From a virus (lineage: Duplodnaviria; Heunggongvirae; Uroviricota; Caudoviricetes): a stretch of DNA of 64,000 nt. A program made the translations under genes and the position numbers. Numbering within the stretch: position 1 is the first letter of the stretch; every line of letters begins with the position of its first letter. The DNA lies in IMG/VR virus record IMGVR_UViG_3300015360_000028, positions 1 through 64,000 of that record, one strand, 5' to 3'. Under the pieces are notes generated by a model, which worked only from the letters and a program-made list of their open reading frames with translations, ran no database searches and was not told the DNA's origin. Shown here in pieces: positions 37,401-46,667 of the stretch.

Positions 37401-37764
37401 TCACGTGCTAAAAGGATATGATTTCGATGGAGTAATTTCCATCGGGATCATCCCCGATCGCCATGGTGTAATTATTACCGGGCGTTCGTATGAGGAAGCT
37501 CCAGAAATAAACAATTTCTTGAGAAGCAAAGGGATCTTTAATCCCGTATATTTCAACCCTGCAAAGTTTGATTTCCGTTCCGCTGAAGTTAGTGGAAGAT
37601 GGAAATCAAACATGATCGATCTTCTAGGTGTTCATGAATTTTTCGAGGACGAGAAAGTTCAAGCAGACATTATAATGGAAGAACGTTATGATATGGTCAA
37701 GGGTCGTTACACTCTAAAGATCAATATGGTGAAGCCAGACGGTTCCATTAAAGAATATTGCTAA
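37390..37764 (+). CDS. small HAD-like phosphatase (DxDGV motif)
   Basis: N-terminus GYDFDGVISIGIIPD; 124 aa. Confidence 0.4.
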   Translation: MANNHVLKGYDFDGVISIGIIPDRHGVIITGRSYEEAPEINNFLRSKGIFNPVYFNPAKFDFRSAEVSGRWKSNMIDLLGVHEFFEDEKVQADIIMEERYDMVKGRYTLKINMVKPDGSIKEYC

Positions 37765-38240
37765 TGGATAGAGAGTTATTCCCTTACATCTATTTCAGTA
37801 ATTCTAATCCAAGTGCTAAGGAGCTTTCGCTTCTGGTGTTGGAATGTAGATTTGAGGATATGTGGAAATGGCAGAATAAATGGAACGTCTGCGTAACCAC
37901 ATCAAAAAACCTCAATGAGGAAGCAACTTTTAATTGTGCTCCCGACGGGATTCCGTTTATAATAAAGACAGATGTAGTTTTTGCTTTTGATGTCTTACGA
38001 CATTTCGAGAGAGATAAGAGAATCAGCTTCATCACAAATATTCTAAACTCAGCTGCTAAATACTTGGTTATCGGAGCAGGCACTCATGATTACACACCGA
38101 AGAGTTGGCATAGTTTCATAAAAGAATCATTTGAAGATGCCATGGTTTTTGGGGCAGACTACGATATTGAAACAAAAATGTTTAATATAATTTCCGAAGA
38201 TTACAATGGTTCTCATTACGCAGTTATCAAGAAAGAATAA
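37758..38240 (+). CDS. hypothetical protein
   Basis: 160-aa ORF. Confidence 0.4.
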   Translation: MLMDRELFPYIYFSNSNPSAKELSLLVLECRFEDMWKWQNKWNVCVTTSKNLNEEATFNCAPDGIPFIIKTDVVFAFDVLRHFERDKRISFITNILNSAAKYLVIGAGTHDYTPKSWHSFIKESFEDAMVFGADYDIETKMFNIISEDYNGSHYAVIKKE

Positions 38241-39159
38241 GATGTTAGATTTTGCAAAGCAAATAGAAGATGCGGTTAAGAACAACACCGTAATAGAAGA
38301 CTCCACTGGCCATTACTTCTTGAAGAAGCAGTTGCTAGATGTTATGCTGGATTTCCCCGAGAAGCCAAAAGATTTCAAGGTTGATATCGTAAGACCAAAA
38401 ACTTATGACCAGACATTCCTAGTAAGCGGCGGCGCTGATTCAACAATCATGTGGGAGCTTAACAATAAAGAAGCCGGCACTAAGATTGGCATTTATGTTG
38501 ATCTCGGGCACGGGTACACCAAGAAAGAAATTGGAGCATTGGAAATGATGGAAATGCCACATATCATTGTTCCTTATAAACTCAAGTTTGACGCTTTCTG
38601 GAAACATATCATCCCCACTCGGAACTATGTTCTTCTCTCAATAGCTGAACAATACACTTCGCATGAAGGCGAGATTTGGCTTGGAGCAGTAGAAGGTGAA
38701 TCGGCGAACGACGCCGGAGATAAGAGTGAATTGTTCTTTAAATTGTTTGAAGAACTCGTTTGGAGAACCAAGCGCAAGAAGGTTACAATCAGAACTCTTA
38801 AAGACAAGACCAAGAATGCTTGGTTGAAATGGTATATGGACAACACTCCCGCAGAAAAAGGTGTTGATATCTTAGACACCATAACATGCTTTGATGGAGC
38901 ATCGGCCAAACCTTGTGGAAAATGTCAAGCGTGTGTTCGTAAATGGATTAGCATGAAGTATTGTGGCGTATCTGACGCAAAGATCCCTTTGATGTTTGAA
39001 GTTCATCCATATGATGGGGGTCAAGAATATATCGTGAAATACAAAACACAGATGCAATTGGCTATAGACAAAAATGATTTCACTCATTATAGTAATAACA
39101 GATGTATTGAAGATTTGAGTGTCATCACAGACGAAGAAGTAAGACGGATGGTCGGTTGA
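38206..39159 (+). CDS. queC: 7-cyano-7-deazaguanine synthase QueC
   Basis: PP-loop FLVSGGADST. C-terminal CGKCQACVRKW zinc motif. Confidence 0.75.
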   Translation: MVLITQLSRKNKMLDFAKQIEDAVKNNTVIEDSTGHYFLKKQLLDVMLDFPEKPKDFKVDIVRPKTYDQTFLVSGGADSTIMWELNNKEAGTKIGIYVDLGHGYTKKEIGALEMMEMPHIIVPYKLKFDAFWKHIIPTRNYVLLSIAEQYTSHEGEIWLGAVEGESANDAGDKSELFFKLFEELVWRTKRKKVTIRTLKDKTKNAWLKWYMDNTPAEKGVDILDTITCFDGASAKPCGKCQACVRKWISMKYCGVSDAKIPLMFEVHPYDGGQEYIVKYKTQMQLAIDKNDFTHYSNNRCIEDLSVITDEEVRRMVG

Positions 39160-40547
39160 TTAGAACTTACAAAAAGAGGGTAGCTTTTTTAATTAGAAGC
39201 ACCCATTTTACCGTCTACAGCGGCATCGGTCAGTTTGCTAAGACATTCTGTGAAATGTGTGACGACATGGATATTTTTGTTGATATCATTGTCGACCAAA
39301 CCCCCAAATCAGCAAGCACACCATTGATTGAGGTTCTTCCAGAGAATCACAAAATCATATCTATTGACGGGCATACATATTCGAAGCACAATGCTTCCTT
39401 TATGTTTACAGAATCTATGAACTTAGAACTGGTTATGAACTTCAGAGATGCAATGCTGAAAGCGTTGGAGTCTCATGTTTACGATCATGTTGTCTGCAAC
39501 ATTATGGAAGCCGTTTATGGTGTCTATGATTTGTGTTTGACTAACAGCATGGAAACCATGTTCTACACTCATAATGAAAACAGCATTGCTCTTGAGAAAA
39601 TAGGCCATGTGTTTTCAGATACTTATATCAATCTTCTCGTATCAATGATGAAATTGCCAGGATTGAATATTGTAACTCAAGACAAGAAGAACGCATCATG
39701 GCTCGTCCAAAAGAATATATCGGCGTATGTTCTTCCTTTGTTGGTTACAGAACGGGAGCTTCTTAAAGGGCCACCAGATGGAACAGTTAAAGAGGGATGT
39801 CTATTCATCGGTAGATACGAAGATCGTAAGAATCCCGAGTCATTCATCAAGAACGTAAAACAGGCAGGCGTGAAGCCTTTGGTCTTGACCAATGAGAAAG
39901 GCAAAGAGTCTTTCATAAAGAGATTCGCAGAAGAAGGAATAACAAACTATTCAATCTTGGCCAATGTGGCAGGTCAAGAAAAAGTTGATTTCATTAACAG
40001 CGCGCAGGTTTCTTATCATCCATCGAAATTGGAATCGTTTGGCTATTGCGCCTATGAGACAGCGTTCAGTTGCCCAACTCTACTTCTTGACAAACATATC
40101 TGGACTGACATTCATAGCGAATGGGCTTTTCAATGTATCGAAGAATCGCTTGTGTGGCAGCTTATGAGATTTGCATGCGCAGAGCAAGATACTAAAAAAG
40201 TAGAACGTCTGAAGAGATTGAACGAACATCATCAAGAATCTCTAAAACTATGGAAGCAATTCTTCTGGGAGAGAGTAGTGAATATTCCCTCCACACCCAA
40301 TCCATCAAAGCTAGATGCAGTGATGGACGCTAACGATTCGTTTGTCAAACTCAATGACTTCTACTTCAAGCATTTAAAGCGCGGTAACATTTGCATAGAA
40401 GATGTGAGATCAGTGCTAAATAAGAAATATCGGTACGCAATGGTTCATACCAAAGAAGATACATATGTTTCAGCAGTCCAAGAAACCTTCGTCCAGGACT
40501 ATTTAAAGAATTACATGAATACAGAAGTTTCAGATTTATTTGTTTGA
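39156..40547 (+). CDS. glycosyltransferase (GT-B, GT4-like)
   Basis: C-terminal domain LFIGRYEDRKN ... PSKLESFGYCAYETAFSCPTLL is GT4-like. Confidence 0.5.
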   Translation: MIRTYKKRVAFLIRSTHFTVYSGIGQFAKTFCEMCDDMDIFVDIIVDQTPKSASTPLIEVLPENHKIISIDGHTYSKHNASFMFTESMNLELVMNFRDAMLKALESHVYDHVVCNIMEAVYGVYDLCLTNSMETMFYTHNENSIALEKIGHVFSDTYINLLVSMMKLPGLNIVTQDKKNASWLVQKNISAYVLPLLVTERELLKGPPDGTVKEGCLFIGRYEDRKNPESFIKNVKQAGVKPLVLTNEKGKESFIKRFAEEGITNYSILANVAGQEKVDFINSAQVSYHPSKLESFGYCAYETAFSCPTLLLDKHIWTDIHSEWAFQCIEESLVWQLMRFACAEQDTKKVERLKRLNEHHQESLKLWKQFFWERVVNIPSTPNPSKLDAVMDANDSFVKLNDFYFKHLKRGNICIEDVRSVLNKKYRYAMVHTKEDTYVSAVQETFVQDYLKNYMNTEVSDLFV

Positions 40548-40596
40548 AACTAATCAGAATTTGTGTTAAAAATAAACATACTCGAAAGGATGAACT

Positions 40597-40953
40597 ATGA
40601 GAATGTGGATGGTCGATCCAACCCTACTTTGTAATCAACATCTTTTGGGAGAGCATGTGGAAACCCATATGTTCTTAGGAACAATCAAAAAGAACGTTTC
40701 GTTGAATGGGTATGTAACTAAAGGTCTTGTCCAGACGAAAGATTTGAAGACAAGACACGATGCACTAGCGGCAGAGATGACCTCAAGAAATATGAATCAT
40801 AGGTCTCCGCTGGAATACGTCGATAAACTAAATCTCGGCAAAGTTGATATTTTGAATTCTTTAAATGATCTAAGTGGAAGATGTGAAAAATGCCGTTCTA
40901 GAATAAAGGCATTTAATGAGAATCTGGTACGGGAATCCGTTGGAAGCAGTTAA
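40597..40953 (+). CDS. denV: pyrimidine-dimer DNA glycosylase (T4 endonuclease V / DenV family)
   Basis: MRMWMVDPTLLCNQHLLGEHVETHMFLG resembles the DenV N-terminal catalytic region. Confidence 0.7.
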   Translation: MRMWMVDPTLLCNQHLLGEHVETHMFLGTIKKNVSLNGYVTKGLVQTKDLKTRHDALAAEMTSRNMNHRSPLEYVDKLNLGKVDILNSLNDLSGRCEKCRSRIKAFNENLVRESVGSS

Positions 40954-41407
40954 TTCGACGGCAACGACCCCTTCTACTTCTACTTTCACTATCACCAACA
41001 CAGTTCAAATCGTGAACACAGCGTTTGTCTGGGGTGACCAGCAAAAAAACAAAGACAAGTTTAGGAAATACGAAGGCATGAGTTTAGCTCACGTCATGAG
41101 TATGTCTGAAACCGAATGGAAACAATTTAATATTTCGGATTGGAATTGGACGTTATGGCGATACACAGTTGGAACCGAGCTTGAAGATTATAGAAATCAA
41201 TTTCATTTCACTGGATTAATTCAACCAGTACCAATCGCAACCGGTTATATCCAAACGACTGGAGTATCTGGAATAAGTGTTTCTGGTGGTGGCGGTGGGG
41301 GTATATCATGTCCAAATACTTATACCGTAGGTGGTGGTAGTTACTCTTCAGGATCAGTAAGCGCTTCGGCAACAAACATGGGTGGATTATATGTCGGAAA
41401 TTATTAA
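40916..41407 (+). CDS. glycine-rich hypothetical protein
   Basis: GISVSGGGGGGISCPNTYTVGGGSYSSGS tract; 163 aa. Confidence 0.4.
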   Translation: MRIWYGNPLEAVNSTATTPSTSTFTITNTVQIVNTAFVWGDQQKNKDKFRKYEGMSLAHVMSMSETEWKQFNISDWNWTLWRYTVGTELEDYRNQFHFTGLIQPVPIATGYIQTTGVSGISVSGGGGGGISCPNTYTVGGGSYSSGSVSASATNMGGLYVGNY

Positions 41408-41603
41408 CAAAAAAGCACAAGTGATTATCACAAACGCAGCAGAAAGCGAAAACTCAATTTTCGTTTTGATATGTGATTCGAAGACTGGCCAGACACTCAC
41501 GTCTGGCGAAGTGAAAGCAGGAGAAACGGTGAAGGCCAACCTTGAGTCAGGCTCAAAGTTAGCGCTCGTAGTTCCTGAAGAAATTATAAGGGAACAAAAG
41601 TGA
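41382..41603 (+). CDS. hypothetical protein
   Basis: 73-aa ORF. Confidence 0.35.
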   Translation: MDYMSEIINKKAQVIITNAAESENSIFVLICDSKTGQTLTSGEVKAGETVKANLESGSKLALVVPEEIIREQK

Positions 41604-41765
41604 CGATATCGGTACTAATTAAGCACAACCAAACTTCAGGAAATAGAATCAGCATTGTGGAGCACGAACCAAACGGTTTGCCAAGAGCCCAGCATCATCT
41701 AGTTCCTGGGCAAGAAATTATCTTGCATATCTACAAAGAAAATCAACTATCAGTTTTCGAACTGT

Positions 41766-42152
41766 TTGAATAAGAAAGAATCAATGTCAGAATTTACACT
41801 AAGAGAAGGCGAGAAGATCGCCCTACAAGCTATCCAAGATAAGATCTTCCAACAGAACAAGTTTATGGGTTGGCACGATAAGCCAAGAGAAGAAGGAACA
41901 ATGATCGCTCTATGTCATAGCGAACTCTCAGAAGCTCTTGAAGGTGTTCGTAAAGATAAGATGGACGACCATCTAACCCATCGTAAACAGTTTGAAGTTG
42001 AACTTGCCGATTGCATGATCAGAATTTTAGACATGGGTGGAAAATATGGTCTTGATTTAGCCAGTGCTATGGCTGAAAAGATTGAATACAACAGAGCCCG
42101 TGCCGATCACCAAAAAGAAAATCGTGTTCTTTCAGATGGGAAGAAATTTTAA
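41766..42152 (+). CDS. mazG: MazG-like nucleoside triphosphate pyrophosphohydrolase
   Basis: EALEGVRKDK ... ELADCMIRILDMGGKYGLDL is a MazG-like all-alpha NTP-PPase core. Confidence 0.7.
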   Translation: MNKKESMSEFTLREGEKIALQAIQDKIFQQNKFMGWHDKPREEGTMIALCHSELSEALEGVRKDKMDDHLTHRKQFEVELADCMIRILDMGGKYGLDLASAMAEKIEYNRARADHQKENRVLSDGKKF

Positions 42153-42379
42153 TGGCTAAATTATACGACGCTCATATAATCGTGTTCACGACAAACGAGA
42201 ATCCAAGCGAGGTCTTAAAGATCTTCTTGAGTCCCCAAGTTGCTAAAGGAAAAGACGAGTCTTGGGTTCCAACTATGGATGATGTTAAAAGAAACATCGA
42301 AACAGTTCGTCCAGGGCAGGCGGTTAAGACAGTTGAGCTTTATCGTTCCAAATGGGTTCAAATTGGGATTAAGAAATAA
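42152..42379 (+). CDS. hypothetical protein
   Basis: 75-aa ORF. Confidence 0.35.
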   Translation: MAKLYDAHIIVFTTNENPSEVLKIFLSPQVAKGKDESWVPTMDDVKRNIETVRPGQAVKTVELYRSKWVQIGIKK

Positions 42380-42702
42380 TGAGTTGGTCAATTGGTGTTG
42401 TGAAGAACGATCTAAAAGTGTCGAAGGAATGCTTTGAGAAACTTAACGCTTGGGCGGAAGATAATGATCAATGCCTTTACCATAACAGCGGTGATGGAAC
42501 CATTGGGTTCGATCATGATGCAATGGAACATATGAGCGCCCCGCTTTATGATGATGACTTTCTTGGTATTTTGAAAGAATATAAGGTCAACGGCTCAGTA
42601 TGCTTCAGTTCAGTAGAAGGCGACGACGCAGGTGAAAATTGGGGCTTTCAATTTACAGACGGCGAACTCAAGCAGTTAAAAGGAAGATTGGTTTGGGAAT
42701 AA
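42379..42702 (+). CDS. hypothetical protein
   Basis: 107-aa ORF. Confidence 0.4.
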   Translation: MSWSIGVVKNDLKVSKECFEKLNAWAEDNDQCLYHNSGDGTIGFDHDAMEHMSAPLYDDDFLGILKEYKVNGSVCFSSVEGDDAGENWGFQFTDGELKQLKGRLVWE

Positions 42703-42807
42703 GAAACGAAAAAACGTTGACATAACCTACTTGTCGTGTTATACAAAACAATACTGGGCATTGATATGAGCAGTTAAAACCCCAAAAGATGAGAAGAAAT
42801 TTTTGAT

Positions 42808-43251
42808 ATGAATAGAGTATTCGTTTATGGATCTTTGAAGAAAGGATTGTTTCTCCATTGGGCACTGCAACATTGTAAATTTTTAGGAACGTTTGATACA
42901 GGTAAATTCCTTGATCTCTTGGCTGTTTCTGAACATGCACCGTTCCCCATCGTAACTCGTGGTGATTTCAGAGTTCGTGGTGAAGTTTACGAAGTTGATA
43001 ATGAGCTGCTCCATCAGCTAGATATAATTGAAGGCGGTTACGATCGTTGTCATATTATGCTTGATGGTATCGTCGGTAAGGTGAATATTTACATGCTTCC
43101 TTACCGTATGAAACCTGAATGTAATTTCCACAAAAATGTAGATCTAGAAGAAAATGACGTCAAAGTTTGGAATCCTCCACACCAGACTCAGGAAGATTTG
43201 TTTGCATCGGGGCTCGTTAAGCCTGCAACACAACTCGTCCCAATAGAATAA
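42808..43251 (+). CDS. gamma-glutamyl cyclotransferase (GGCT/AIG2-like)
   Basis: N-terminal VFVYGSLKKG (YGSL motif) and a downstream catalytic Glu region. Confidence 0.65.
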   Translation: MNRVFVYGSLKKGLFLHWALQHCKFLGTFDTGKFLDLLAVSEHAPFPIVTRGDFRVRGEVYEVDNELLHQLDIIEGGYDRCHIMLDGIVGKVNIYMLPYRMKPECNFHKNVDLEENDVKVWNPPHQTQEDLFASGLVKPATQLVPIE

Positions 43252-43271
43252 ATCTTAAAAACAGGTAGATA

Positions 43272-44588
43272 ATGAAGTTCGGTCTAGAGTTGGAATTACT
43301 TATTCCTTACCACAACTATGCTTTCAAACTCATCGTGAATAAGTTAGAGGCACTTGGTGTTAAAATCAAATGGGAAGGATTTTCCCATAGCACCGCAGCA
43401 CATTGGAAGTTGGTAACTGATGCTAGCGTAGGAAAAGAAGGATTTGTCGGATATGAATTGGTTAGCCCAATTCTCGAAGATACAAAAGAGACATTCGAAG
43501 AGATCGCAAAGATCTGTAATGGCTTGATTGAAATTGGATGTATTGTTGATAAATGTTGTGGCCTTCACGTTCACATTAATGCTTCCACTATAACACTCAC
43601 AGAAGCCAAAATTATCTACAAAAGATATCAGATGCACGAAGCAAAAATTGACTCGTGGATGCACGCCTCAAGACGTGCTAACGAGGCACAGCATTGTCGT
43701 ACAATCGTTTCACAAAACATTAACGAATCGGCTAAGACGATTGATTCATTAACTTCGAACAGATATTATAAATTGAACTTGAAATCTTTCGTGGCATATG
43801 GTACAGTAGAGTTTAGACATCATGCTGGTACGCTTGATTCTCAAAAAATCATTTATTGGATTATGTTCATTCGGGGCTTTATGAAGTCCTGTCGTGAAAC
43901 CTATGTTCAGCAGAAGAAATCGTTCGAAGAGAAAGAAAAACTTCTGAAAGTAACAAAGAAGGCTTCATTGGCAAAAGTCGATAGAACATTTACTGACAAG
44001 CTATCTCATGAAATTCTAGATGAGTTGGTTCCAACTTTTGAGTCAAAAGTCAAATTCAAACACATGCTGAAATTGATTGAGTATTGGCAGACTCAGAGAG
44101 AGAAGATTGTCAACAACGATGCGACCGCAAATATGTCAGTGAGTTTGACTTCAAGACAACTAAGGAAATTGAATTTCAGATCAATAAACGCCAGAAAAGC
44201 GTTAGGGATGGCTCACACCACGAACGCCATAAGTACCTTCCAAAACGTTCTTGATAACTTGTCTTGGATCGCATCAAACTCAAGAGAGATTTCGAATCAT
44301 CCACAGTTGGGTATGGATTATCCATATTACGTGTCATATGATTATGTTATGGAAAAGACAGTTTTGATCGTGCTGCCGCATATTTACGCAGCACTAAAAC
44401 AGATTTGTGAAAGCCGTCATTCGGTTTTAACACAAAAGAAGCTCGGCCTATGGGGCCCAGCTTTGCTTGGTAATTTTGATAAGGCTCCTATTACCATTGA
44501 AAGAAACGACGATCTATTCAGATCGATCGAACCCTACGTCAGGAACTTCTACGTAGAACGAATGGAAGATCTTAGAAATGCAGCTTAA
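43272..44588 (+). CDS. amidoligase-family protein (Amidoligase_2)
   Basis: FGLELELL, CCGLHVHINAS and GTVEFRHHAGTLD resemble the amidoligase signature. Confidence 0.65.
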   Translation: MKFGLELELLIPYHNYAFKLIVNKLEALGVKIKWEGFSHSTAAHWKLVTDASVGKEGFVGYELVSPILEDTKETFEEIAKICNGLIEIGCIVDKCCGLHVHINASTITLTEAKIIYKRYQMHEAKIDSWMHASRRANEAQHCRTIVSQNINESAKTIDSLTSNRYYKLNLKSFVAYGTVEFRHHAGTLDSQKIIYWIMFIRGFMKSCRETYVQQKKSFEEKEKLLKVTKKASLAKVDRTFTDKLSHEILDELVPTFESKVKFKHMLKLIEYWQTQREKIVNNDATANMSVSLTSRQLRKLNFRSINARKALGMAHTTNAISTFQNVLDNLSWIASNSREISNHPQLGMDYPYYVSYDYVMEKTVLIVLPHIYAALKQICESRHSVLTQKKLGLWGPALLGNFDKAPITIERNDDLFRSIEPYVRNFYVERMEDLRNAA

Positions 44589-44829
44589 AACCAAATATCG
44601 GGTTTTCAGCAGAGAATTAGTTAATGCAAAAGACGATGACGAGCTCATCGCGCAGATTATGAAACTTGCTGGGGAAACAGACCGTGACCAATATATGAGG
44701 CGCTTTGAAAAAAGAGCTCAAATGTTGGATGAGAATATTGATGGCTCTTCATTGAGAAACTTCATTAAATCATTGATGGTTTATGGCTACATCGTAAAAT
44801 TAGAAAGTGAACAGAAGAAATGTGCTTAA
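44578..44829 (+). CDS. hypothetical protein in amidoligase cassette
   Basis: 83-aa ORF coupled on both sides. Confidence 0.4.
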   Translation: MQLKTKYRVFSRELVNAKDDDELIAQIMKLAGETDRDQYMRRFEKRAQMLDENIDGSSLRNFIKSLMVYGYIVKLESEQKKCA

Positions 44830-45515
44830 TTGCTTATATCCCAGCCGGTGCTAGATTTCCAATGAAATATTTGGATAATATCTACGGTAATAACCGTCAT
44901 GGCTTCGGAATGATGTGGACTGAAAATGGCCAAGTCATTGCGAAGAAGGGTCTCATGAAGAAAGACGAGATTCAAGAAATGATTGCTGCTGGTCCAAAAG
45001 ATCGAATAGCATATCATTTCAGATTCGCCACACAGGGCGATATCAGTGACAATAATGCGCATCCCTTCATGGTTAATTCCGACCTATGGTTAATGCACAA
45101 CGGAACTCTGAATATCGATTCCGTTGGAAAAGAAAGTGATTCACTCGCTTTCGCAAATATCTTTGGAGACCTCGACAAAGATGACACAACGGAATATTTC
45201 TTGAGCCAAAACTACAAGGAATCAATTGAGAGCCTTATTGGATCCTCGAACAGAATGTTGTTCATGGGATTCAATAAGGAAAATAAAAGAGTAGTCAATC
45301 TTATCGGAAGCTGGTATAAATTGCCAGACAACGAAGCATATGTCAGCAATACATATTCCTTGAGAAACCCATGGAGAGGAACGTCTGACTATGGTCAGTT
45401 TGATTATTACGATTATTATTCGAAGGTGGATAATAAGTCCGAGCGCGAAGATGAAAATGATGACTACGTGAGGCGCTGGGAAGAATGGGACAAAGCATAC
45501 AAGCTAGCTATGTAA
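44820..45515 (+). CDS. class-II (Ntn-type) glutamine amidotransferase-like protein
   Basis: N-terminal MCLIAY has Cys2 as the presumed Ntn nucleophile. It is embedded in the amidoligase cassette. Confidence 0.55.
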   Translation: MCLIAYIPAGARFPMKYLDNIYGNNRHGFGMMWTENGQVIAKKGLMKKDEIQEMIAAGPKDRIAYHFRFATQGDISDNNAHPFMVNSDLWLMHNGTLNIDSVGKESDSLAFANIFGDLDKDDTTEYFLSQNYKESIESLIGSSNRMLFMGFNKENKRVVNLIGSWYKLPDNEAYVSNTYSLRNPWRGTSDYGQFDYYDYYSKVDNKSEREDENDDYVRRWEEWDKAYKLAM

Positions 45516-45622
45516 GGAAACTCCAAGATGGCTTATCCAAAGAAAAGAAGAGGCCGACGTAAGATCGGCAGCGCAAAAAGAAGAGCGCGTAGTAAATCAA
45601 AGCACGCAAAGTAAGGAAATAA

Positions 45623-45877
45623 ATGTCAGATACAGACAACGGTTCAGTGTCAGCAGCACCAGCAAGACTCAAGAGTTTTGTTTCAAGGCTCAACTACATT
45701 GAAGAAGAAATCGAAAAGAGCGCGGCAGACGTTAAGGAAATCTATAACGAAGCCAAGTCCGAAGGGTTTGATACAAAGGCTCTAAGGAAAGTCGTGAGAC
45801 TTCTTAAACAGGATCGTCAGAAGCGTGACGCTGAACAAATGGTTCTCGACACGTATATGGCGGTATTTGAAAGCTAA
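45623..45877 (+). CDS. gapR: GapR-like (DUF2312) nucleoid-associated DNA-binding protein
   Basis: RLKSFVSRLNYIEEEIEKSAADVKEIYNEAKSEGFDTKALRKVVRL resembles alphaproteobacterial GapR. Confidence 0.6.
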   Translation: MSDTDNGSVSAAPARLKSFVSRLNYIEEEIEKSAADVKEIYNEAKSEGFDTKALRKVVRLLKQDRQKRDAEQMVLDTYMAVFES

Positions 45878-46064
45878 ACGCCGTGGAAGAAGAACTGAAG
45901 CTCCTAGGCAAATATTATGTGGAACTACTCGAGGGCGGCGACCTCTATTTGGAAGAAGCCCTCGAGTTCCTTCGAGATCATAAGATTATTGACGTTAATG
46001 ATGAACTCATTGAAGATCAAGACCCTGATGAAATCGAAAATGATGAAGAATATGAATAAGAGTT

Positions 46065-46092
46065 CTTGACAAGTTCGAGAAATCGTTTATAT
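46065..46092 (+). promoter_or_regulatory. promoter TTGACA-N16-TATATT
   Basis: ttgaca at 46065-46070, tatatt at 46087-46092. It precedes a 41-aa membrane mini-ORF (46101-46226) and the HAD gene. Confidence 0.45.
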
Positions 46093-46205
46093 TGATACTA
46101 TGAAAAAGATTTGTGGAATATTCCTTTGTGGTACGGCAATCGTTGGTTTCCCTTTTGGGATGGTAATGATCGTCACCGTTTTGGTCAACAGTTACTGGAT
46201 CCAGC

Positions 46206-46667
46206 ATGACACAATCAGGTTCTAAAAAAATCGTTTTGTTCGACGTCGATGGAACCCTGATCGATCATGATAATCGTTTGATCTTTCTGCTAACTGAACC
46301 AAAAAATGAAAAAGCATTCAGGGCGGGGTCTGTAAAGGATCCCGCCATTCCTCAAATACTTTCCATCGCCGAAATGATGTGTGCTAGCGAAGATTACATT
46401 GTGCTTATCGTTACAGCACGATCAGAGTCAGCTAGGTTTCATACCGATGCTTGGATGAAATTCAAGCGAGTCTATTACGACGAATTGATTATGAAGAAGA
46501 ATGGAGACAAGCGCAGCGACGACAAAGTCAAGCGCGATCATCTCCGTTATATTCGTGAAAAATACGGCAATCCCTTTATGGTATTTGACGATCGAGACAA
46601 GGTCAATCAAATGTGGGTTGAAGAAGGTGTTTACCTTCTTGATGTTTCGCAGAAGAGGATTTTGTGA
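46206..46667 (+). CDS. HAD-superfamily phosphatase
   Basis: Motif I VLFDVDGTL, motif II VTARS, motif IV FDDRD. Confidence 0.55.
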   Translation: MTQSGSKKIVLFDVDGTLIDHDNRLIFLLTEPKNEKAFRAGSVKDPAIPQILSIAEMMCASEDYIVLIVTARSESARFHTDAWMKFKRVYYDELIMKKNGDKRSDDKVKRDHLRYIREKYGNPFMVFDDRDKVNQMWVEEGVYLLDVSQKRIL

